A stretch of 60,415 nt of DNA from NCBI GenBank assembly GCA_015903995.1, contig JABMDK010000008.1, forward strand, positions 20,975-81,389, given 5' to 3'. This stretch comes from Nitrospira sp. GTDB lineage: Bacteria; Nitrospirota; Nitrospiria; Nitrospirales; Nitrospiraceae. Positions within the stretch are counted from its first letter, which is position 1. Each line of letters starts with the position of its first letter. Below the pieces are notes generated by a model. The model worked only from the letters and a program-made list of their open reading frames with translations. It had not been told where the DNA came from and searched no databases. Of the stretch, positions 52,483 to 60,415 are shown one piece after another. The position numbers were made by a program, and so were the translations under genes.

Positions 52483-52687
52483 CAGGATGCGGAAAAAGTC
52501 CGCCAGCGGCGTTCTCGCCTCGCTCAGAGGCTCAACGTACGGCCCAGAGTACGTTGAGCCTCTTCGCTCGCTGCGGCCTTGCTGGACGACCTTTTTACGC
52601 ATCCTGCGGGCCTATTCAGCATCGTCCTCAACCTCGATGTCTGTGACGGCTACAGGAGTCACAAGGAGTTTTTCCGCAGTCTGCTAG
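52479..52687. mobile_element. MITE family B, copy 3
   Basis: CTAG-CAGGATGCGGAAAAA...TTTTTCCGCAGTCTG-CTAG. Confidence 0.85.
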
Positions 52688-52763
52688 TGCCGACGTATCT
52701 CGTTGTTCGTATCTTGTGTCTCGCAAGCGGACAACACTTTACGAGATAGGTGCCACAAGCCGC

Positions 52764-53249
52764 CTAATACCCTGTCTTGGCTCCTGTGCTTCCGTGTTGA
52801 TAGCGGCCGCTATAAGAGACCATGCGGTCCGAGAGCGTCTTCCACTCGTCGGCAGTCATCAGGTCCTTCATCTTGAACCGAAGGCTCAGTACCTTGGCCG
52901 CACTCTGTGCCCGCTGAATGTTTGCCTCGTTCACGATTTTTGAAAATTCGTCGGGTGTTGCCGTATAGCTGGTATTCAAGGTGTATAGCTGCCGGTGATA
53001 GGCCCGTTCCTGCTCACGGCTTTCCTTGAGCTCCTTGATGATCTCACCGACGTATGCATTCACACCCTTCGCCTTCTCGGGGTCCTGCACGGTCCGATTG
53101 ATCAATCCCTCCATGTCTTGCTGACCCTTTTGCCAATAGGCATCGCTGCTGCCGCCACCCATCATCCCGTGGTGATGGTGATGAGACGAGCACCCGACCA
53201 GCACGACCAGGCTGAGTGCACCGAGTAATCCGCTAAGCTTCCGTTTCAT
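52764..53249 (-). CDS. His-rich helical lipoprotein (Spy/CpxP-like)
   Basis: GGAGG RBS, LVGC lipobox, HHHHHGMMGGG, LMTADEW. Confidence 0.7.
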   Translation of the reverse strand: MKRKLSGLLGALSLVVLVGCSSHHHHHGMMGGGSSDAYWQKGQQDMEGLINRTVQDPEKAKGVNAYVGEIIKELKESREQERAYHRQLYTLNTSYTATPDEFSKIVNEANIQRAQSAAKVLSLRFKMKDLMTADEWKTLSDRMVSYSGRYQHGSTGAKTGY

Positions 53250-53267
53250 ACTGTCCTCCCTTAAGAG

Positions 53268-53654
53268 TTGTTCCCTGCCTTCTTCTACCGTATTATCGAC
53301 ATGATTACTATGGTAGATGCGAAACCTATCGTCTCCAACCCAAGTCAGATTCTGAAGGAGGAGTTCCGTCGGCATCTGGAGGTTTTCTATGCCCATCTCA
53401 AATTGGCTCCACCTTACGAGAGCGTGGAAAAAGCCATTCGGATGCTGACCACCATCGTGCATGCACAGCCGAAGGAAGAGCAAGCTCGAATCCTCTCCGA
53501 TCCTACCTTACAATGGCAGCAGTTTGCACAGGCGTTTGATGCCTCAGGACTTGCGAAGAAGCACCGAGGAATTATTGCCGGCCTCGCGCGTAACCGTTCA
53601 GCCTTGAACTTACCGACTGAATACGATCACTTCCTGAACTTGTTTCTTTCGTAA
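53268..53654 (+). CDS. Hypothetical protein
   Basis: Helical ORF; start uncertain. Confidence 0.65.
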   Translation: MFPAFFYRIIDMITMVDAKPIVSNPSQILKEEFRRHLEVFYAHLKLAPPYESVEKAIRMLTTIVHAQPKEEQARILSDPTLQWQQFAQAFDASGLAKKHRGIIAGLARNRSALNLPTEYDHFLNLFLS

Positions 53655-53673
53655 CGGAGCTCATCGGGGTCCG

Positions 53674-54321
53674 TTAGGTGGCCGCGGTGGGAGGCGCAAG
53701 TGCTTCTCGCAACTCGCCGTAGACTTTCATGAGGCGGCTGTCTTCGATCCGATACGCAAGGGCTACCGTGACGAGTCCGAAGGCCAGGACAAGGGCGGCA
53801 AGGGCAATGACCACCACGCCCGTGAGGGTTCCCCCCAGCGAAGCGAATCCTCCATCCATGGCATATTGCACTACGAATGTCAGAGATCCGATCACGACGA
53901 GCGCAAACCACAGGAGTGTGATAATGGCTGACGACCATGGCATCCGCTTCACGCACACCGTGTTCAGCGATTGATCCTGCGGTGAAAGCTGAATCAGCCC
54001 TTTCACCGGCCAGGCGGTTCTGAACCGCCTGGAGAACAATCGATACTGAGGGCGGATTGCAATTTGGGAGAGCTGCGGATAAAACCAGGCCACTCCGTGT
54101 GGGAGCATCAACACACCCTCGGGAGTGAACCGATCGCCCAGGGTTGTCAGCGCGGTTCCAGGCCACTGGTCCGGATTGCTTGCGACACGGCACCCATACC
54201 GAATGGAGTCCGGGGTCAGCCGAATAAAATAGAGCCAATCACCGACGATCAGCCCGATGAACAAGATCCCTGCGAAGAGGCCTGCCAGTACCATGCAGGT
54301 AGCTATCCCATAGGGACTCAA
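53674..54321 (-). CDS. Hypothetical membrane protein
   Basis: 3 hydrophobic segments. Confidence 0.7.
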   Translation of the reverse strand: MSPYGIATCMVLAGLFAGILFIGLIVGDWLYFIRLTPDSIRYGCRVASNPDQWPGTALTTLGDRFTPEGVLMLPHGVAWFYPQLSQIAIRPQYRLFSRRFRTAWPVKGLIQLSPQDQSLNTVCVKRMPWSSAIITLLWFALVVIGSLTFVVQYAMDGGFASLGGTLTGVVVIALAALVLAFGLVTVALAYRIEDSRLMKVYGELREALAPPTAAT

Positions 54322-54581
54322 CGCGAATCAAGGCAAGGAGGACGGTTCAGGGCTCATTTTCTCTAGGCGACCCTGGATGGCATTTCTTTTCCGGCGTACG
54401 TGAGAAGCTGTTGACTCAAGAAGATAAGATTGGCTACATTAACCGCCATTACGTTTCGGGCGGGTTTTGGCACCACGTCACGCCCTGCCTTTTTATTTTT
54501 CTCCCGCGTCGACAGCGCAGGCTGTGAACTCTGTACGGTCAGGGTTTGCAGAGAGTCGGTTGTTTAAAGTTTGGAGGCGGT

Positions 54582-55319
54582 ATGGATCCCAACAAGATTG
54601 AACGTGTGTACACCTCCTACGCGGGGTTCTACGACAAAGTGTTTGGGAAAGTGTTCCATGAAGGGCGTGAATCGGTCGTTCGAAACTTGAATGTGCAGCC
54701 CGACGAACAGATTCTTGAAGTCGGTGTGGGGACCGGACTCGCGCTTCCCATGTATCCTCGCCATTGCCGCATTATTGGGATCGATGTGTCCGAAGGGATG
54801 CTGGCCAGAGCAAGGGAGAAGGCGGAAGCTCACCGTCTCGACCACGTCCGGCTCCACCGTATGGATGCCGGGGCGATGGAATTCGAGGATGATAGTTTTG
54901 ATACGGTCGTGGCGGCCTATGTCGTTACGGCGGTTCCGGACTATCGAACGGTGGTCAGTGAGATGATTCGGGTCTGCCGTCCCGGTGGCCGTATTATCAT
55001 GCTCAATCACTTCAGCAACGGCAATAAAGTAATCAACGCTGTGGAGCGAGTGATCTCGCCGTTGACCAAGCACCTGGGTTGGCGGACGGATCTGTCGCTT
55101 AGCACCGTATTGGAAGGGACGTCGCTCCGCATCGCCCGCAATCAACGGGTGAACCCATTACGGCTTTGGGCTTTAGTGGAATGCATCAACGGCAAGGGCC
55201 AGCGGACGAACGGGAATGGTACGGCGCACCCTGTCTCAGGGTATGTGAACGGCAACGGCGTAGCTGGTTTTGCAAATGGGAACGGCAACGGGCGGTACTC
55301 ACCTGAGCACGCGCACTGA
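54582..55319 (+). CDS. Class I SAM methyltransferase (PmtA-like)
   Basis: LEVGVGTG, GIDVSEGML, RVCRPGG, LNHF. Confidence 0.85.
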   Translation: MDPNKIERVYTSYAGFYDKVFGKVFHEGRESVVRNLNVQPDEQILEVGVGTGLALPMYPRHCRIIGIDVSEGMLARAREKAEAHRLDHVRLHRMDAGAMEFEDDSFDTVVAAYVVTAVPDYRTVVSEMIRVCRPGGRIIMLNHFSNGNKVINAVERVISPLTKHLGWRTDLSLSTVLEGTSLRIARNQRVNPLRLWALVECINGKGQRTNGNGTAHPVSGYVNGNGVAGFANGNGNGRYSPEHAH

Positions 55320-55346
55320 TCTGCGTCTCTCCCCCTCATCATCTGC

Positions 55347-56165
55347 TTATCGACGGTGTCGTGTCTGGTGTTCCCGAGTCAACCAGCCCTCCCATTCTCG
55401 GCCGGGGATGATCGTTGTGCCGACGAGACAGTCACCGACAAACTGTTGAGTGATCTGATCAGCCAGTACTTCGAGAATTCGGCTCATCCGCCGATCCTGA
55501 ATCCCAATTACCCGCAGCATTAGACCAAAGCCTTCCCCCTCCAGCGGTTCATAGCCCATGACGTGGACCCGATGGTCCACGCTGGCCGTCGATTCGTCTG
55601 CCGGAATTAGATCGCCCTCCCACTGCACCGCCGGGTGAATCGCGACAGTCCGCATCGCGTCACGCCACGAACAGGGCAGACCGGCTCGATCCAGTTCGTG
55701 CAACAGCCACTCCACTGTGGGGCCTTCAGCCGTTCGACCTTGAAAGGTCCATCGGGCGAGTTCTGCCGTCTGCTGGACCGTCACACACGGAGAGGAGATC
55801 TCATCCAGATGGGCCTCATCGCATACCACGTACAGCTCTCCCTGAGGATCGAACCAGAAGCGCATTTTTCCTGCATTGAGCTCTGTCTGGATCACGCCAA
55901 GGGATGAACAATCGGTTCCATCCTGTTCGAAAACGGAGAAATCCGTCACGCCGGTCATCGTGAGCTTGGCTACTCGGACGTATCCGCGAACCTCATAACG
56001 GATCGTGAGCGAAATGGTCGTACCGGCCGGTATCTCCCGTACAGATCCTTCGTCGAAGAGACGGCGTTTGGAAATCTGCAGGTCGGTCACATAACCTGAG
56101 CGGAATCCTCCCGTATGGCCGATCAGCCACCGAAGATCTTCAGTGTTCTTAATTGTATGGTTCAC
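55347..56165 (-). CDS. Hypothetical protein
   Basis: 272-aa ORF. Confidence 0.7.
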   Translation of the reverse strand: MNHTIKNTEDLRWLIGHTGGFRSGYVTDLQISKRRLFDEGSVREIPAGTTISLTIRYEVRGYVRVAKLTMTGVTDFSVFEQDGTDCSSLGVIQTELNAGKMRFWFDPQGELYVVCDEAHLDEISSPCVTVQQTAELARWTFQGRTAEGPTVEWLLHELDRAGLPCSWRDAMRTVAIHPAVQWEGDLIPADESTASVDHRVHVMGYEPLEGEGFGLMLRVIGIQDRRMSRILEVLADQITQQFVGDCLVGTTIIPGREWEGWLTREHQTRHRR

Positions 56166-56204
56166 AACACCAATTGTAGCCCAGGTAAGGACACACCGCT
56201 AGGG

Positions 56205-57059
56205 TTACGAACGCATCCAGCACGAGACGACAGCGGGCAGTCGAGGACGCACCGTGGCCTTCAGCTCACAGGAACCGTACCGCACGAGGCCCACTTTTGT
56301 GCACCAGCAGGCTGCGATGGTTGCCTCCTCTCTGCCTTGGTTCACCATGACGAACAGGCCATGGGGGCTCAAAGTTTCAGCGACTCGAGAAAATAAGACA
56401 TGGGGAGTCAGTACAGAGAGTGGCATTCGCCAGGCCAGCACGAGATTTGCCGTAACGAAGGGGTACCAAGCTGTGACCACATCGGCTCGCTGGTGGTACC
56501 GGGCATAATCCTCAATCACGAATTGGGTATCGGGTAGGTCCTGGATATAGCCCCGTGCGTAATCGATACGGCTATACCCGTTGATATAAATTCGGTGACC
56601 TTCTACTTCCACGCCGGTCAGCATGGACGGCCGAAAAAAGATGTGCAAGACCGGCGCATACCAAAAATTACTCGATCCGAGGTCGTGCACTACTCTTCCG
56701 ACCGAATATGGTAATTACAGGGCCGACCAGGCTTGGCGGAGGATGTCGAGATAGTCGTACTGTTTCAGGGCAGTGTCCTCTCCTGCTCGCAGCTCAAAGC
56801 GCACGCCGAACTGGCGTGTTACAGAGGCGATCCGTTCCTGCTGAATCCCGGTAAGACCCTGCAACCGACCTGTCGGCCGCTCTCGATAGATCCCTCGTGA
56901 CCAGGCAAACCGTTCCCCAAGATGGTACCAGAATGCATGGTAGTGGGAACGCAGGGTTTGTCCGAGGGAATACAGCTGGGGGGTGCCTGACGGAATCTCT
57001 GGTAATGATCGGACCTGATCCTGACCAGACGGATTTTGCTCGGCAGCAGTGATAGGCAT
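56205..57059 (-). pseudogene. Methyltransferase-like protein split by in-frame TAA (56715-56717)
   Basis: Both ORF halves are in the same frame; HDLGSSNFWYA and LTGVEVEG motifs. Confidence 0.65.
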
Positions 57060-57240
57060 CGCTCTTCTTCATCGGTATTCCGAACCGAGGGCTAAAGGGG
57101 AGAAAAGCAGGATGGAGGGGGGTGCTGGTCGTCTGAGAGATTCTTCTCTTGCTGCCTTCATTCCGGACAGTGTATGTATCCACCAAGTGAGAGTCCGGGT
57201 TGCGATGATTCGGATTGTTGGGTAAGTCAAACGGATACCT

Positions 57241-57927
57241 ATGCCACGGGTGGTCTGTCTTCAACATGTTCCCTTTGAAGGTCCGGGAGCCTTCGCAGAG
57301 GCCCTGACAAAACGGGGCGTGAGTCTGGAATATTTTCTCGTTCCAATGGATGGGTTACCCAAAGATGCCGGAGACTTGCTGATTGTGATGGGCGGGCCGA
57401 TGTCGGTGAACGATCCCGATCAATGGATCGCCGAGGAGACGACCTTCATCAGATCTGCTCTTCTCGCCGGTAAGCCGGTGATCGGGGTATGCCTTGGGAG
57501 CCAGTTCATGGCGAAGGCCCTCGGTGCCACTGTGCGACCAGGCCAGGCGCTAGAGATCGGCATGACGCCTGTTCGGTTGACTGATAAGGGGAAAACGGAT
57601 CCAGTGTTCGGGGCTGGTCCGGAGTCCTTCGAGGTCTTTGAATGGCACGGAGAGATCTTTGATTTGCCGCAAGATAGCGTGTCCTTGGCGGGATCGAACC
57701 TTGCGCCGCTGCAGGCGTTTCGTCATGGTGGTCACGCCTATGGCCTTCTGTTTCATTTGGAAATGGAGGAAGGCGGCATCGACTCGCTGTGTCGAGAATG
57801 TGCGCCGGATTTGATGAAGGCTCGTCTGACGGCTCAGCAGGTCAAAGCAGCTGCATTGCCGCAGCTCCCGCATCTCCATGAGATGGCTGATCGACTCATC
57901 GGACATCTTCTTCACTCGACAGGTTGA
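57241..57927 (+). CDS. Type 1 glutamine amidotransferase
   Basis: MGGPMS, GVCLGSQ, FHLE. Confidence 0.92.
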   Translation: MPRVVCLQHVPFEGPGAFAEALTKRGVSLEYFLVPMDGLPKDAGDLLIVMGGPMSVNDPDQWIAEETTFIRSALLAGKPVIGVCLGSQFMAKALGATVRPGQALEIGMTPVRLTDKGKTDPVFGAGPESFEVFEWHGEIFDLPQDSVSLAGSNLAPLQAFRHGGHAYGLLFHLEMEEGGIDSLCRECAPDLMKARLTAQQVKAAALPQLPHLHEMADRLIGHLLHSTG

Positions 57928-58066
57928 TTGCCGGCGAGTCTCTGAAGTAACCTAGCGGCTCTAGTCTGAAAGTGTGAAAGTTCGAAAGTTCACGCCTGCG
58001 TTTTTCAACTTTCAAACTCTTCAACTGTTTCACTTGCCACTGTTTTCGAAAGGAGCTTGATTGACC

Positions 58067-59242
58067 ATGGCCGGTTTCCCGATCGAAGTCGCGACACGCA
58101 TCAAAACGCTACCCCCATATTTGTTTGCCGCCATCGACAAAATGAAGCAAGAAGCCATCGCACGTGGCGTGGATATCATCAACCTCGGCATCGGCGACCC
58201 CGATTTGCCCACCCCTGCGCCGATTATCGACAGCTTGGCCAAAGCGGCCCAGGATCCCAAGCATCACCAGTATCCTTCCTATGAAGGGATGTTATCGTTC
58301 AGAAAAGCCGTGGCTGGTTGGTATAAACGCCGCTTCAATGTGACGCTCGATCCGGCGAGCGAGGTCCTCACGCTGATCGGTTCGAAAGAGGGTATCGGAC
58401 ATATTCATCTGGCCTTTGTCGATCCCGGCGATATCGTGCTGGTTCCCAGCCCAGGCTATCCGGTGTATCCCGTCGGGACCGGTTTTTCCGGTGGTGTGTC
58501 GCACATCATGCCGCTGACGAAAGCCAATGGATTCTTGCCGGACCTGAATGCGATTCCCAAAGAGGTCGCTAAGAAAGCTAAGCTGATGTGGCTGAATTCT
58601 CCGAATAATCCCACGTCCGTGATCATGACGAAGGACTACTTCAAGCGGGCCATTGAGTTCGCGCAGAACAATCAGATCATCATCTGCCACGACGCGGCTT
58701 ACTCGGAAATCTACTACGACGGCAAGCGGCCGGCGAGTTTCATGGAAGTGGAGGGAGCCAAGGATGTCGGCGTGGAGTTCCACTCTCTTTCGAAGACGTA
58801 CAACATGACCGGCTGGCGGCTTGGGTTTGTCGTCGGCAATAAGGATGTCCTGGCTGGTCTCGGCAAGGTGAAGAGCAATCTCGATTCCGGCTGTTTTGAG
58901 GCGGTGCAAGAAGCCGGTATTACGGCTCTTGGCCTGGACGATTCTGTCACCGACGGCATCCGATCGATCTACCAGGAGCGCCGCGATACGCTCATTCCTG
59001 GGCTGAAGCAACTGGGATTGGAGGTGGATGCGCCACCAGCCGCCTTCTACATCTGGGTTACGGTGCCGAAGGGGTACACCTCCGCGTCCTTCACGGCCCA
59101 TCTGTTGGAAAAGGCGGGGATCGTTACGACGCCGGGCAACGGCTTCGGCGCACCGGGCGAAGGCTACGTCCGCATGACGGTCTGTACGACCAAAGAGCGA
59201 TTAGCGGAAGCGGTCGAGCGGATCAAAAAAACAGGGTTTTGA
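58067..59242 (+). CDS. dapL: LL-diaminopimelate aminotransferase
   Basis: LPPYLFA, LIGSKEG, NNPT, DAAY, SLSKTYNMTGWR. Confidence 0.88.
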   Translation: MAGFPIEVATRIKTLPPYLFAAIDKMKQEAIARGVDIINLGIGDPDLPTPAPIIDSLAKAAQDPKHHQYPSYEGMLSFRKAVAGWYKRRFNVTLDPASEVLTLIGSKEGIGHIHLAFVDPGDIVLVPSPGYPVYPVGTGFSGGVSHIMPLTKANGFLPDLNAIPKEVAKKAKLMWLNSPNNPTSVIMTKDYFKRAIEFAQNNQIIICHDAAYSEIYYDGKRPASFMEVEGAKDVGVEFHSLSKTYNMTGWRLGFVVGNKDVLAGLGKVKSNLDSGCFEAVQEAGITALGLDDSVTDGIRSIYQERRDTLIPGLKQLGLEVDAPPAAFYIWVTVPKGYTSASFTAHLLEKAGIVTTPGNGFGAPGEGYVRMTVCTTKERLAEAVERIKKTGF

Positions 59243-59322
59243 GCATGTCGTTCGTGAAGCGTCATTCACAGCAGGCTCCTTGGATGTGACGATTTACGAG
59301 TAACGCTTCACCAGATACGCGC

Positions 59323-59877
59323 ATGAAAGAGACGGTCTTCATCGGATTTGGATCGAACGTCGGCGATCGAGTCGATTTTTGCGATCGAGCGGTGACGTTG
59401 CTCGGTCTCCTCCCACATTCTCGCCTGCAAGGCGTCTCACTGTTGTATGAAACAGAACCGGTACGCGACAGGACTGATCCGGGGGAGGGGTGGTTTCTCA
59501 ACGGGGTGGTCCAGATTGAAACCAATATCACCCCGCGTAGCCTCTTATCGACCCTCCAGGAAATCGAACGGGCACTCGATCGAGATGAGGACAACCGGTC
59601 CGGTCCTCGAACGATCGACTTAGACATCCTCTTTTATGGAGAGCATATCATCAAGGAACCAGGGTTGACTATTCCGCATCCTCGTCTCCATCAACGCCGG
59701 TTTGTCCTGATGCCGATGAATGAGCTGGATCCGCTCTGGATTCATCCGACACTCAAACAATCGATGGCCCACTTACTGACGGAAGTCCCGGACCAATCTC
59801 ACGTGCGTCTCCTGTTCCCTCAGCCCTCAACGAGATACGGGTCACGCCCTGCCTGTAGTTCACCACCCGGATCATGA
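59323..59877 (+). CDS. folK: HPPK folate kinase
   Basis: GSNVGD, YETEP, GPRTIDLDIL, PHPRL..RRFVL. Confidence 0.95.
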   Translation: MKETVFIGFGSNVGDRVDFCDRAVTLLGLLPHSRLQGVSLLYETEPVRDRTDPGEGWFLNGVVQIETNITPRSLLSTLQEIERALDRDEDNRSGPRTIDLDILFYGEHIIKEPGLTIPHPRLHQRRFVLMPMNELDPLWIHPTLKQSMAHLLTEVPDQSHVRLLFPQPSTRYGSRPACSSPPGS

Positions 59878-60415
59878 AGATCATCCATTCACCCCCCGCC
59901 ATGACAGCCTGGAGCGAGCAACTCAGGCGGCAAGGCGTGATGATCGGGTTTGTCCCGACCATGGGCGCGCTGCATGCGGGTCACCGGGCGCTGATCCGAG
60001 AGGCGCGGCTGCGATGCGATGCTCTCGTGGTCAGCATCTTCGTGAATCCCACGCAATTTGGACCTCATGAAGACTTAGCGAAGTATCCACGTCCCATTTC
60101 GCGTGATCGGACCCTCTGCCGAAAAGAAGGGGTTGATGTCTGTTTTGAGCCGACTGTGCAGGCGATGTACCCGAACGGGTTTCAAACCACCGTGACCCTT
60201 CCAACGATTGCACGGCGGTGGGAAGGGGAAGCCCGTCCGCATCATTTTTCTGGTGTTGCGACCGTCGTGACGAAGCTGTTTGGAATGGTCCGTCCTCAGA
60301 TCGCGCTCTTCGGACGGAAGGATTTCCAGCAATCGGCACTGGTCCGACGGCTGGTGAAGGATCTGAATCTTGGCGTGGAAATTCTCGTGCATCCGACTGT
60401 GCGTGAAACGGACGG
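59874..60415 (+). CDS. panC: Pantoate-beta-alanine ligase (runs off right edge)
   Basis: Own translation: FVPTMGALHAGH, SIFVNPTQFG, RPHHFSGV, FGRKDFQQ. Confidence 0.95.
   Translation, partial: MKIIHSPPAMTAWSEQLRRQGVMIGFVPTMGALHAGHRALIREARLRCDALVVSIFVNPTQFGPHEDLAKYPRPISRDRTLCRKEGVDVCFEPTVQAMYPNGFQTTVTLPTIARRWEGEARPHHFSGVATVVTKLFGMVRPQIALFGRKDFQQSALVRRLVKDLNLGVEILVHPTVRETD

Overview
60-kb bacterial chromosomal window, ~58-60% GC by eye. Gene content and intergenic repeats look Nitrospira-like (inference). The backbone is mostly housekeeping: atpHAGDC, rluD, znuABC-type transporter, anmK, rsmA-pdxA, larC/larB, gpsA, truD, dapL-folK-panC. Accessory highlights are: (1) a sigma54 activator with a 4-Cys GAF insert, with its enhancer sites and promoter upstream of a DsrE-like gene; (2) a 5-kb island of three toxin-antitoxin pairs alternating with three DUF1810 copies, bracketed by inverted copies of a palindromic repeat; (3) a CP-ATP-grasp/alpha-E/Anbu operon lacking its transglutaminase; (4) a DDE IS flanked by doubled terminal motifs; (5) an effector-less ZorA/ZorB-like motor pair behind a candidate sigma54 promoter; (6) a MITE family flanked by (C/T)TAG. 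Several broken ORFs and two tandem duplications may be assembly artefacts. No rRNA, tRNA or CRISPR array was seen.
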